Virus record (IMG/VR): IMGVR_UViG_3300046673_000164
Span: 426 to 64,425 of that record
Length of the DNA stretch: 64,000 nt
Direction: 5' to 3' (one strand)
Origin: a virus
Lineage: Duplodnaviria; Caudoviricetes
The first letter of the stretch is position 1; the number at the start of each line of letters is the position of its first letter. Shown in pieces: positions 18,605 through 26,800 of this stretch. Both the position numbers and the translations under genes were made by a program. The notes under the pieces are model-generated. The model worked only from the letters and a program-made list of their open reading frames with translations, was not told where the DNA came from and made no database searches.

Positions 18605-18961
18605 TTAATCCTCGGCCTGGATGCGGCGGCTGGCCAGATACCGGCGCAGGTTCTTGTGAAAGGGCTGATCCGCCAGCCAATCGAGATAGTCTAGTTCGAT
18701 CTCATCCAGCCGCTTCCCGACACACTTTCCGAACAGCATGGGCTGATTGCCGAACTGCCTGGCCTCCTGGTCGGTCATCGGGCCAAGGTCCGCCCGACTC
18801 TTCTTCCGCGGCAGAAGCGGGCAGGCGTCGCGGATCACTTCCCAGAACGCGTCCGCTGAAGGCTCGTCGATATGCTCGGCTGCCTCAGACCGAATCAGGT
18901 CGACCAGCTCCTTGGCCCTTTGCCGGGCGATCACCCTAGCCTTGATTACAGACTCGTCCAT
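18605..18961 (-). CDS. DUF3820-like protein
   Basis: MLFGKCVGKRLDEIELDYLDWL motif. Confidence 0.6.
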   Translation of the reverse strand: MDESVIKARVIARQRAKELVDLIRSEAAEHIDEPSADAFWEVIRDACPLLPRKKSRADLGPMTDQEARQFGNQPMLFGKCVGKRLDEIELDYLDWLADQPFHKNLRRYLASRRIQAED

Positions 18962-18971
18962 GACCACACCC

Positions 18972-19301
18972 CTACATAATCCCACGAACCGAAGAGAACA
19001 TACGAACCAACTCCCTACGCTGCTCAACCGACAAACCGTTATTGAAAGCGGCCTGAGCTACTGCCGCCATCAGCTTCGGACGATCTCGAAGAATATTAAA
19101 GTCGTCGAAGTAAGACCGCGTCACCTTACCCCGAAAACCAGCGGTTTCCGCGATCTCTTTCAGTTTTGGCCAATAACCGTTCTTGACCAGAGCAGTGTTG
19201 GACACACCAACCACCCGGCTAAACCGTTTCTTGTCCACGCTTGGATACCGCTCCAAAAAAGCAATTGCGTCCCGTACAATACTAGTCGAAGCCCTAGACA
19301 T
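18972..19301 (-). CDS. Hypothetical protein (possibly DNA-binding)
   Basis: 109 aa ORF with GGAGG RBS. Confidence 0.55.
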   Translation of the reverse strand: MSRASTSIVRDAIAFLERYPSVDKKRFSRVVGVSNTALVKNGYWPKLKEIAETAGFRGKVTRSYFDDFNILRDRPKLMAAVAQAAFNNGLSVEQRRELVRMFSSVRGIM

Positions 19302-19304
19302 AAT

Positions 19305-20333
19305 TTAACCCTCCGCTTTGACACCCACCAGAACTTGGAAATTGTCTCCCTCCAACACAATACAACGATCGCTAATCCCAATCCGCTTGGCGACATCGAG
19401 ATAGCGGAGCACATACTCTGCGCAGGTGTAGACTTTGATTGGCTCCTCGCCCAAGTCGATTTTGACCGAATCGCGAATCTCAATCCCCTGATCCTTGGCT
19501 AGCAGATTCAGCCGACCATCAGCATAAGAGAACTCGACGTCTTCCTTCTGCGAAGCGATCAAGGATCGTTGCAGGCAGCGAGCCAACGACGCCGGTACGT
19601 CGGCCTTGGGTATTTCGTCGAGCTTAGATGACAAGATCATCTTCTCGTAGCGGTCGGGTTCGGGATCGCCTATCAACTTACCGAACAGTTGCGCCTCATC
19701 AGACACGCCAATCACATCACCTCCCGTGGTGAACACAATCTTAGTATTGGCTCCAATGCCCAACAGCAGCTCATAGAACCGAGGCGGCAGAACGAAGCTC
19801 TTTCCAGAGAGCTTCGACACCCTATGGTTTTCCACCACCCGAGCCACACTAACGTTGTCCGTCCCAAACAGGGTTAGTTTCTTTTCTCCAAAAACAAGGG
19901 TGATCCCGCTCAGCGTCGGGTGCATTAGATTCAGGGTGGCAGACCGAGAAACGATCTTGACCGCCTCTCGCAGCTTCACATCCAAGTCAAGCTCGATACC
20001 TCTAATCTTCGGAGGAACAAACACAAAGTCACTAGTCGGCAATACCGCCAACTTGAGCTTAGATCGCCCCAGCTTGAACAGCGCCTGACCATCATCCTGC
20101 TGACACTCTACATCAGCAGCCGAAGATGAAGAGAGGACGGCCAGAAGCTGAGCACCTGGAACCGCTCCTTCCAACTCCAGATCACAATCGCATCGAAGAG
20201 CAACAGAATCATTGTAGGCGCTGACCTGCCCATCACAGAAGCATAGGTGGGTCAAAACCGGGATTAGAGAACTAGCCCCAGCAAGGGCTGGTTGCACACG
20301 ACGTAAGGCGGATAACAACTCTTCTCTATACAT
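19305..20333 (-). CDS. dnaN: Sliding clamp (DNA pol III beta-like)
   Basis: REELLSALRRV...IPVLTH, GTDN, 342 aa; clamp loader nearby. Confidence 0.75.
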   Translation of the reverse strand: MYREELLSALRRVQPALAGASSLIPVLTHLCFCDGQVSAYNDSVALRCDCDLELEGAVPGAQLLAVLSSSSAADVECQQDDGQALFKLGRSKLKLAVLPTSDFVFVPPKIRGIELDLDVKLREAVKIVSRSATLNLMHPTLSGITLVFGEKKLTLFGTDNVSVARVVENHRVSKLSGKSFVLPPRFYELLLGIGANTKIVFTTGGDVIGVSDEAQLFGKLIGDPEPDRYEKMILSSKLDEIPKADVPASLARCLQRSLIASQKEDVEFSYADGRLNLLAKDQGIEIRDSVKIDLGEEPIKVYTCAEYVLRYLDVAKRIGISDRCIVLEGDNFQVLVGVKAEG

Positions 20334-21393
20334 ACTGGAAACTCCTTAGTCTGTCAGGACCGCCCAAAGAACGATCCGCGAACGACACCAACTTGTATTG
20401 TGGGTAGCAGAATATCTTTGGGTCCATGTAATGCTTTACGGTCCACAAGTCGGAAAGCCACGAGCCATCAAACACCTGTAACCTGCGCCACGGGACCGTA
20501 ATCACACCCCCATCCTCAAACAGATTTGTAGGAATTACGAACGGTTTTATTTGATACTCGACGCAGAATCGGATGTTGATATACGAGTTGACCAACAAAC
20601 GAAAAGTCCTAGCAGAACACTTGTCTACCCCAGACTTGCGTTTGACGTCGGTCCTAGGCGGCATACTGAAACAGCTCTCCAGCCCAGTAGCCTCGACAAA
20701 GTCGAGGATGTACTTTCGATTCTCGGCTCCGATACCCAACGACTTCAACCACCGATCACGGAGCTTACCATACATTTCGCCGCCATGCGCCCGCTCAGAA
20801 ACATAGATCCGTCTCGGAGCCACCGTGTAGCAGTACTCCCCATCGCGCATCTGAGGAATGAGGATGCCACCCCTACCGGCATTCCCAAACGCGCTCGTGC
20901 TGTCGCAGGAGAACCATGGGTAGCGTGTCATCAGACCAAACCGAGTCACAGCAAACCCATGCACCTTGACCATCTCCCCCCTACGATGAAAAATATGGGA
21001 GAAAACGGAATCGAGCCATCGAATAAGCTGCTCGTTGCTGACCCGCAGAAGGCCGCCGACCCCCAGATAGTCGATACCACTATCCAAAATCTTGTCCAGC
21101 CAATAGACACGCTCGGAGTAATGAAACACCGGCATCGGACTGAAGCCAGATCGAACCATTCGCTGATAGTTCTTCCAGCTACCCTTAGCGGCCTCCTCCA
21201 CAATCATCGGGTCGGTTCGACTGCTTGGAATTACGTCGAGGTTCACGTAGGTCTGCAAAATATCCTCGACCTGCTCGATGTAGTTGCAATACTCGGTCAG
21301 ATCGACCGTCAGGCCTTTTGTCCAGACCGAGACCGCCCCACTATCAAGCATCATCGTACAAAACAGCTTGTCCAAACGCTCTCGTGTCTTCAT
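20326..21393 (-). CDS. dpdA: DpdA-like DNA-guanine transglycosylase (TGT fold)
   Basis: MLDSGA.S, NLDVI, PVFH, GVGG, VHGFA, SCDSTS; directly downstream of folE/queC/queD/queE. Confidence 0.75.
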   Translation of the reverse strand: MKTRERLDKLFCTMMLDSGAVSVWTKGLTVDLTEYCNYIEQVEDILQTYVNLDVIPSSRTDPMIVEEAAKGSWKNYQRMVRSGFSPMPVFHYSERVYWLDKILDSGIDYLGVGGLLRVSNEQLIRWLDSVFSHIFHRRGEMVKVHGFAVTRFGLMTRYPWFSCDSTSAFGNAGRGGILIPQMRDGEYCYTVAPRRIYVSERAHGGEMYGKLRDRWLKSLGIGAENRKYILDFVEATGLESCFSMPPRTDVKRKSGVDKCSARTFRLLVNSYINIRFCVEYQIKPFVIPTNLFEDGGVITVPWRRLQVFDGSWLSDLWTVKHYMDPKIFCYPQYKLVSFADRSLGGPDRLRSFQYV

Positions 21394-22289
21394 TTTCCTC
21401 GTGCTCCAGACAAGAACTCCTCGCGGGCCTTTGCGTCATCCTTGAAGACTCCTCGCAAAGCGCAGGTAGAAGTGGTAATGCCCGCCTGATGAATGCCGCG
21501 GCTCTCCATGCACGTGTGGCGGCACTCAATCAGCACCGCCACGCCCTTTGGCTCCAAGCCGTTCTGTAGGGCGTCGGCCACCTGATTGGTCAAGCGCTCC
21601 TGCACTTGCAAACGATGGGAGTAGATGGAGACAAGACGACTGACCTTGCTCAGCCCCACAATCCGATCGTTGGGGACATAGGCAACGTGCGCGACGCCGA
21701 AGAAGGGCGCTAGGTGATGCTCACAAAAGGACCATAACGGCACGTCCCGCAGCAAAATCATCTCGTCATACTTCTCCGCCCCGTCCGCGAAGCTGTGGAG
21801 TATCTCGGCGGGGTCTTGCTTGTAGCCAGAAGTCCAATGCTGCCACGCCTTAGCGAAGCGCTCCGGCGTCTTGAGCAGCCCTTCCCGCTTTGGGTCCTCG
21901 CCGATATACTCCAGCAGCCGGGTGGCAATGTCCATGCCAGATGATAACGACCCGTCGCAGCCCTCTTGCTTCTCCCAGGGGAAGACGACCCACTGCGACG
22001 GATCATCTTTAAGATGCAGGGAGAAGAAGGGCTTGTCGGGATACCGCTGCCGCCAGACCTCTTGCGTGCGACCAGAGTCGACAATATCATCGACAATGAC
22101 GGCTGCCAACTCAGGATCATCTGCCGCTTCAATCCGCTCAGGGAACAAGCTACTGAGCAGCATGGCCACGATCGTCCCGCCACGGGGCACCCCATGCACC
22201 ACCACGGGCAAGGGGAGGGGCGTCGCCAGAATTGCTCTGCCTAGCGCTCGCAGCTTTTCCTGAGTCCGCCGTATCGTTAGGTCCAGCAT
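21390..22289 (-). CDS. folE: Phosphoribosyltransferase - GTP cyclohydrolase I fusion
   Basis: N-terminal [25 protein letters not shown] (PRTase); C-terminal REGL.KTPER, CEHH, GLSK, QERLT, H.CM..RG. Confidence 0.9.
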   Translation of the reverse strand: MLDLTIRRTQEKLRALGRAILATPLPLPVVVHGVPRGGTIVAMLLSSLFPERIEAADDPELAAVIVDDIVDSGRTQEVWRQRYPDKPFFSLHLKDDPSQWVVFPWEKQEGCDGSLSSGMDIATRLLEYIGEDPKREGLLKTPERFAKAWQHWTSGYKQDPAEILHSFADGAEKYDEMILLRDVPLWSFCEHHLAPFFGVAHVAYVPNDRIVGLSKVSRLVSIYSHRLQVQERLTNQVADALQNGLEPKGVAVLIECRHTCMESRGIHQAGITTSTCALRGVFKDDAKAREEFLSGARGK

Positions 22290-22458
22290 CGCTTCTCTCC
22301 CGATGAATGGCAGCGTAGACTTCCTGCCGATGAACAGAAACTTCTTTCGGCGCCTCGACTCCGAGGCGTACCTTATCCCCACGAATCTCGACGATCGTGA
22401 TAGTAACATCGTCTCCAATCACGATCGCCTCACCCCGATGACGCGACAGAACCAGCAT
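22150..22458 (-). CDS. csrA: Carbon storage regulator CsrA
   Basis: [46 protein letters not shown]; AAGGAGG RBS. Confidence 0.93.
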   Translation of the reverse strand: MLVLSRHRGEAIVIGDDVTITIVEIRGDKVRLGVEAPKEVSVHRQEVYAAIHRERSDAGPNDTADSGKAASARQSNSGDAPPLARGGAWGAPWRDDRGHAAQ

Positions 22459-22485
22459 AGATCGTCCCTCCTTAAACAAAGAATC

Positions 22486-23178
22486 CTACAAACCCTTGGC
22501 CCTCGCCACCAACGGATCGACAATACCGGCCTCGGCAAATCCCTTGGCCCGCAGCAAACAGGCATGACAATGACCGCAGGGCGGGAAGACGCCGTTATAG
22601 CAGGTATGGCTATAGGCCAGAGCTTCCATGCACTCCGGCAACGCAGCAGCCAACTCAACTGTCTTCTTCTTGCTGAGGAAGAGTACCGGAGCCCAAATAG
22701 CTAACTCCGATTCCCCAGCAGCGTGATGAATCGTCTTGTTGGCTGAGATGAGAAACTGCTCCCGACAATCGGGATAACCACCAAAGTCTTCCTGACTCAC
22801 CCCTACCACCAAAATCCTGGCGCCATGATGATAAGCGCGGTTGGCGGCCAGGGTCAGGAACAAAAGATTACGCATAGGAATGAAGGTGGCTTCGATCCCT
22901 CCCGGCAAGACCTCCGCCGAGGCGTACTGGACGACATCGACGCTCTTATTCACCAACGGACTGGAGGATTGAAGTACGCCATCGGGCAGCAGCAACAACT
23001 CCCGCTCAACGTCGGCCATCTCCGCCACCTTCCACGACGCTTCGATCTCGCAGCAATGCTTCTGCCCATAGAAGATCGACAGCGCCTTGACTTCCGCTTT
23101 CCCCCACCGCCGAATTGCAGCATACAAGCAGGTCGTCGAATCCTGCCCGCCAGACAATAACACAATGGCTTTGGTCAT
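22486..23178 (-). CDS. queC: 7-cyano-7-deazaguanine synthase
   Basis: SGGQDS, YGQ.H..E, PMRN, YPDCR, SHTCY...CGHCHAC. Confidence 0.95.
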   Translation of the reverse strand: MTKAIVLLSGGQDSTTCLYAAIRRWGKAEVKALSIFYGQKHCCEIEASWKVAEMADVERELLLLPDGVLQSSSPLVNKSVDVVQYASAEVLPGGIEATFIPMRNLLFLTLAANRAYHHGARILVVGVSQEDFGGYPDCREQFLISANKTIHHAAGESELAIWAPVLFLSKKKTVELAAALPECMEALAYSHTCYNGVFPPCGHCHACLLRAKGFAEAGIVDPLVARAKGL

Positions 23179-23196
23179 GGTTAAACCCTCCTTGAC

Positions 23197-23211
23197 TAGA
23201 TATACAAATCA
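23197..23211 (-). promoter_or_regulatory. Recurring promoter-like motif TGATTTGTATATCTA
   Basis: Lies just upstream of the queC RBS, after a terminator. Confidence 0.6.
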
Positions 23212-23224
23212 GCTCTTTCCCCAC

Positions 23225-23279
23225 AAAAAGAAAGGTGGGTGAGGAGCCGGGGCCTACCCCGCAAACTCCTCACCCGCCC
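23225..23279 (-). terminator. Intrinsic terminator
   Basis: GGCGGGTGAGGAG...CTCCTCACCCACC followed by TTTCTTTT. Confidence 0.65.
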
Positions 23280-23290
23280 AAACGCCACCG

Positions 23291-24001
23291 CTAGCCCTTC
23301 AACGCGCCGCGCTTCTGCAGCGAGGCCAGAGTGCTCTTGATCGCCGCCAGCTGCACCCCAATTGTGCCCTTGCCCGGAACAATCCCCTTCTTCTCCAGCT
23401 TGGCCAAGACCTTGTCGGTCAAAGCCTTGGGGCTCTTGTCCGGAGCGGCGAGGAAGGCGTCGAGGTACGCTTCCCGCAAGTTCTCGACAATGCCGGTGCC
23501 CGGCGCCTTCTTCTCGAACGGGGTGTCGCCCTTCTTCTTCGCCTTGGGCGCCTCTTCCTCGTCTTCGTCCTCATCGTCGGCGGCCTTGGCCTTCTTCGGC
23601 TTCTTGGCCTTGGGCGCCTCTTCCTCCTCGTCCTCGTCTTCGTCCTCATCGTCGGCGGCCTTGGCCTTCTTCGGCTTCTTGGCCTTGGGCGCCTCTTCCT
23701 CGTCCTCTTCCTCTTCGTCCTCATCGTCGGCGGCCTTGGCCTTCTTCGGCTTCTTGGCCTTGGGCGCCTCTTCCTCCTCGTCCTCGTCGGCGGCATCGGG
23801 GTCGACGATCGCCTTCTTGGCCTTGATCGCCAAGACGGCCTCGTTGGTCCAATCCTGATCCGCTTCGGGCAGCGTCGCCCAGTCGTCCTCCGGCGCCTTC
23901 AGTACGGCCTTGACCAGCCGCTCCAGATACGCCTGCCGCTCCTCGCCGTCCTCCGGCTTGCAGCCAGTCAACTTCACCAATGCTTTCAATGCACTCGCCA
24001 T
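23291..24001 (-). CDS. Charge-block repeat protein (alternating acidic and histone H1-like basic runs)
   Basis: (DEDEEEE APKAKKPKKAKAAD) repeated about 3.5 times; strong G/C codon bias. Confidence 0.75.
   Translation of the reverse strand: MASALKALVKLTGCKPEDGEERQAYLERLVKAVLKAPEDDWATLPEADQDWTNEAVLAIKAKKAIVDPDAADEDEEEEAPKAKKPKKAKAADDEDEEEEDEEEAPKAKKPKKAKAADDEDEDEDEEEEAPKAKKPKKAKAADDEDEDEEEAPKAKKKGDTPFEKKAPGTGIVENLREAYLDAFLAAPDKSPKALTDKVLAKLEKKGIVPGKGTIGVQLAAIKSTLASLQKRGALKG
23531..23795 (-). repeat. Tandem coding repeats of about 65-80 bp
   Basis: cggccttggccttcttcggcttcttggccttgggcgcctcttcctc three times, with variable GAN spacers. Confidence 0.85.
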
Positions 24002-24014
24002 AGCTCGATCCCTT

Positions 24015-24425
24015 TCAAAGCTCTGCCCAACAGGTGGGCGTTTCAAAAAGCCGCATGGACACCATGCCCATGGGCAGACCTACCAAACGTTGACGAATCT
24101 CGGTCGCAATCTGCTCGATCATGTTCTCGACCGTAGGTTCGTCCTTCATCTCCACTATACAAATATCCAAGTTGCTATCTCGCAGTATTTGCAGTAGTGG
24201 ATCACAAGAGCATAACGCAACGGCGTGATCCCACTCCGCCAGTACTCCCGCGATCAGGCATTTGACTTCGTAGAAGTCCATCACCATGCCATGGTCCTCA
24301 GCGTTCCCCCACAGCACAATCTCAATCCCATAGGTGTGGCCGTGGAGGTTATGGCACTTGCCTTCGTGCTCGGGCAAGCGGTGGGCCATGTCGAAGGTCG
24401 TCTTGAATCCGATCCGTGCCATCAT
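24015..24425 (-). CDS. queD: 6-carboxytetrahydropterin synthase
   Basis: FDMAHRL, CHNLHGHTY, WDH, PTVEN, ETPT. Confidence 0.93.
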   Translation of the reverse strand: MMARIGFKTTFDMAHRLPEHEGKCHNLHGHTYGIEIVLWGNAEDHGMVMDFYEVKCLIAGVLAEWDHAVALCSCDPLLQILRDSNLDICIVEMKDEPTVENMIEQIATEIRQRLVGLPMGMVSMRLFETPTCWAEL

Positions 24426-25015
24426 TGCACCCCTATGATCTTCTGAGTTTGTAGGCTGAGGCGCCACCCGCGACGCATACACAAGTCGATGCATGTCCTC
24501 AGGTTGGCCTTGTTCTTCTCATCGTCGTGGTCATCACGAGGCTGAACGAAAGTCGGGATAGGTCCAGTATAGCACTCCTGCCGATCTTCGGCCCCAACAA
24601 CAAACTTAAAAGCGCTGGCATTCTTGACGATGCCGAAACGAACGGCGTGACTCGGCTTCGGCGAGCAGACGATCGAAACGAACTTTGGAATTGCCCACTC
24701 AATCTCGGGCTGCCAAAGTGTGCCGTTGGTTTCGATCTGCACCGCGCACTTCTGAGCAAACAGAATCTTGACCAGCAAAGACAAGGGCTGCGTGAAGGGC
24801 TCACCTCCGGTGATGACCACGAAGCGATTGGGTGGGATGATCTGCTCGACGGCATACATAATGTCCGCCTCGCACATCTCTTTGGCATCAGTGGTGTGGT
24901 CGGTGTCGCACCACGAACAGGAGAGATTGCAGCCGGCCAACCGGATGAATACGGCCGGAGTGCCTACGTCAGGGCCTTCCCCTTGCAGGGAGGCAAAGAT
25001 TTCCTTGACTCGCAT
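24422..25015 (-). CDS. queE: 7-carboxy-7-deazaguanine synthase (radical SAM)
   Basis: SLQGEG, GCNLSCSWCDT, TGGEP, ETNGT, SPK, SLQTQK. Confidence 0.95.
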   Translation of the reverse strand: MRVKEIFASLQGEGPDVGTPAVFIRLAGCNLSCSWCDTDHTTDAKEMCEADIMYAVEQIIPPNRFVVITGGEPFTQPLSLLVKILFAQKCAVQIETNGTLWQPEIEWAIPKFVSIVCSPKPSHAVRFGIVKNASAFKFVVGAEDRQECYTGPIPTFVQPRDDHDDEKNKANLRTCIDLCMRRGWRLSLQTQKIIGVQ

Positions 25016-25078
25016 CCCGAAGCTCCTTAACTCAATCCCTCTATTATACTCGATCCTCCGCCAATCCCAATATACAAG

Positions 25079-25618
25079 TTAGCGGGAACATTTCAACCAC
25101 AACTTAAACATCCGACGCAGCGGCGTCGTGTCAGGCACGCCGGCCAGCCGACACAGATATTGGTTGGTGGTCTCCCGATGGCCAACCGCTTTCCTCATCG
25201 GCAGCTTCCGCTGCCGCCCATCGACGGCCCGCAACAATACGCGGACCGCTGGTGGCGCCTCCAGCACGTGCAGATGCCAATCAATTCCAGGATTGCGGTC
25301 GACGACCTCCAACTTGCCCAGCGGCTGCTCCCGCCTACGCGTCCGCAGCTTGGCCAGGTTGATAATCCAATTATGCAGCGCCGACTTCCAGACTGCCATA
25401 AAGTGGGCCGGCGTCTCATACTCATACCGCTCCTGAAGCTCCAGAAACTTGATGTAGGCCTCCTGGAGCAGGTCGTCCAGGTCCATCTCCCTGCCCACCC
25501 GCCACGCGTGCTTGCCGAGATAGTTGACGGCGTAGCCCGCCACGGCCCCCTCCCACTCGGGATCGTACCCGAGGAATAGCCGCTTGATTCTCTCCCGCAC
25601 CTTCTGCGCGATAGTCAT
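25079..25618 (-). CDS. Sigma-factor-like protein (region 2)
   Basis: DLDDLLQEAYIKFL...HF...N.IINL; start MTIAQK after AAGGAG. Confidence 0.55.
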   Translation of the reverse strand: MTIAQKVRERIKRLFLGYDPEWEGAVAGYAVNYLGKHAWRVGREMDLDDLLQEAYIKFLELQERYEYETPAHFMAVWKSALHNWIINLAKLRTRRREQPLGKLEVVDRNPGIDWHLHVLEAPPAVRVLLRAVDGRQRKLPMRKAVGHRETTNQYLCRLAGVPDTTPLRRMFKLWLKCSR

Positions 25619-25651
25619 TATCTGGTCTCCTTTGTGAAAGATAGAACGTAA

Positions 25652-25721
25652 ATCGCCGGCAGGGACGCGACCCCCTGCTACGCCTCGCCCGACCACGAGC
25701 CGGGCTGGCCGCTATGGCGAC
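25652..25721 (-). ncRNA. Degenerate tRNA-like cloverleaf
   Basis: GTCGCC/GGCGAT closing stem; CCCGG-CTCGTGG-TCGGG arm; GCAGGG-GGTCGCGT-CCCTGC arm. Confidence 0.45.
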
Positions 25722-25739
25722 GCGGCGGAGACCATGCCG

Positions 25740-26702
25740 CTAATCCTCGAACACGATTCTCCGTTTCGGGGCCTTCTCCAGCAGCTTGTCAAGGGCCGCT
25801 TGCACGCGGGCCATCTCACCAGCCACCTCGCCCCGAGCCACTGAACTCGTCCGCAGCTTGTCAGGCTTCTTCCCCTTGAGCACGTCGCGGGCCCGAATCA
25901 CCAATCCCTCCAGCTCAGCATCGCCGGCGATGTTCCTTGCTTTGAACAGATCGATGAACTCAAGCAGCTTCTCAACGGCCGTATCCTTGAAAACCTTCTT
26001 CTCGCCGTCCGGCGTCGGCTCCAACCGCTCGGCCAGATGCCCGACCAAGCTGCGGAAGGCGTCCCGCAAGGCCTCCTGTATGTCGTAGGCGGCATTCGTC
26101 CAGGTCTCCTCAGCCTTCTTCTTCTCGCTCTCCCACAGGGCCTTGCCGATCTTAGCCTCCGACGGCACGCCAAAGTCCAAGAACCGCCGCTCGACCCACA
26201 CCGCAGACCGTAAGGCACGGACACTGGGATAATTGCCGGCATCGAACTGATCCTTGAGCTGCTCTTTCGCATTCTCGACCAGCTTCGGATAGGCCTGGAA
26301 AAAGGCTTCAAACCTGCTGAGGTACTTGACCTCGGCCGCTTCGATCTTGTCGCTGATGTCGCCCACCATGCTGATCGGAACGAGGTAGGTCCCGCGGCGG
26401 AGCGGGCTCGGCAGGCAGCGGGCCAGCAACCAGCGGCGAAGCTCGCCGGCCACCGCCACGGCCTCCCCATACTCCTTGCGGTTGACAATATCCTTATTTA
26501 GCCTCAGCATGGTCTTGTCCGCCACGGTCTCTACCTTCCCCACGTCGGCCTTGCGGTAGATACCCGGCCGATGAAACACAAGATCAAGAACCACCACCTG
26601 ATCCATAATAGCCTTGGCATCCCGCACCGACACTTCCGATGCCGGGGTCGCGGCCGCCACTTCCTCTTTGATCTCGTCCAAACTCAATCTTGCGCGCACC
26701 AT
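25740..26702 (-). CDS. DUF3150-like protein
   Basis: CLPSPLRRGTYLVP...FFQAYP...FDAGNYPS pattern; follows the AAA ATPase. Confidence 0.55.
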   Translation of the reverse strand: MVRARLSLDEIKEEVAAATPASEVSVRDAKAIMDQVVVLDLVFHRPGIYRKADVGKVETVADKTMLRLNKDIVNRKEYGEAVAVAGELRRWLLARCLPSPLRRGTYLVPISMVGDISDKIEAAEVKYLSRFEAFFQAYPKLVENAKEQLKDQFDAGNYPSVRALRSAVWVERRFLDFGVPSEAKIGKALWESEKKKAEETWTNAAYDIQEALRDAFRSLVGHLAERLEPTPDGEKKVFKDTAVEKLLEFIDLFKARNIAGDAELEGLVIRARDVLKGKKPDKLRTSSVARGEVAGEMARVQAALDKLLEKAPKRRIVFED

Positions 26703-26749
26703 TTTCTGGTCTCCCTTGCTTATGCCTTGAGCGTTGTGCTCTCAGTCAG

Positions 26750-26791
26750 GAGCCCGCGGCGGAGTCGAACCGCCGGTCACCACTCGGGCTC
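26750..26791 (-). ncRNA. tRNA-like minihelix (acceptor stem plus T-arm)
   Basis: GAGCCCG-AGTGGTGAC-CGGCGG-TTCGACT-CCGCCG-CGGGCTC. Confidence 0.7.
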
Positions 26792-26800
26792 ACCACCCCA

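Noticed and set aside
22290-22418. Longer N-terminus for the PRTase-FolE ORF
   Set aside because: Overlaps the CsrA core in another frame; ATG at 22289 has its own purine-rich RBS
25652-25721. tRNA-Thr(CGT) or HDV-like/twister-sister ribozyme
   Set aside because: T-loop and D-arm are non-canonical, and I could not map the nested pseudoknot or conserved core of those ribozymes
26750-26791. Functional tRNA gene
   Set aside because: No anticodon arm or D-stem and no CCA; kept only as a tRNA-like element
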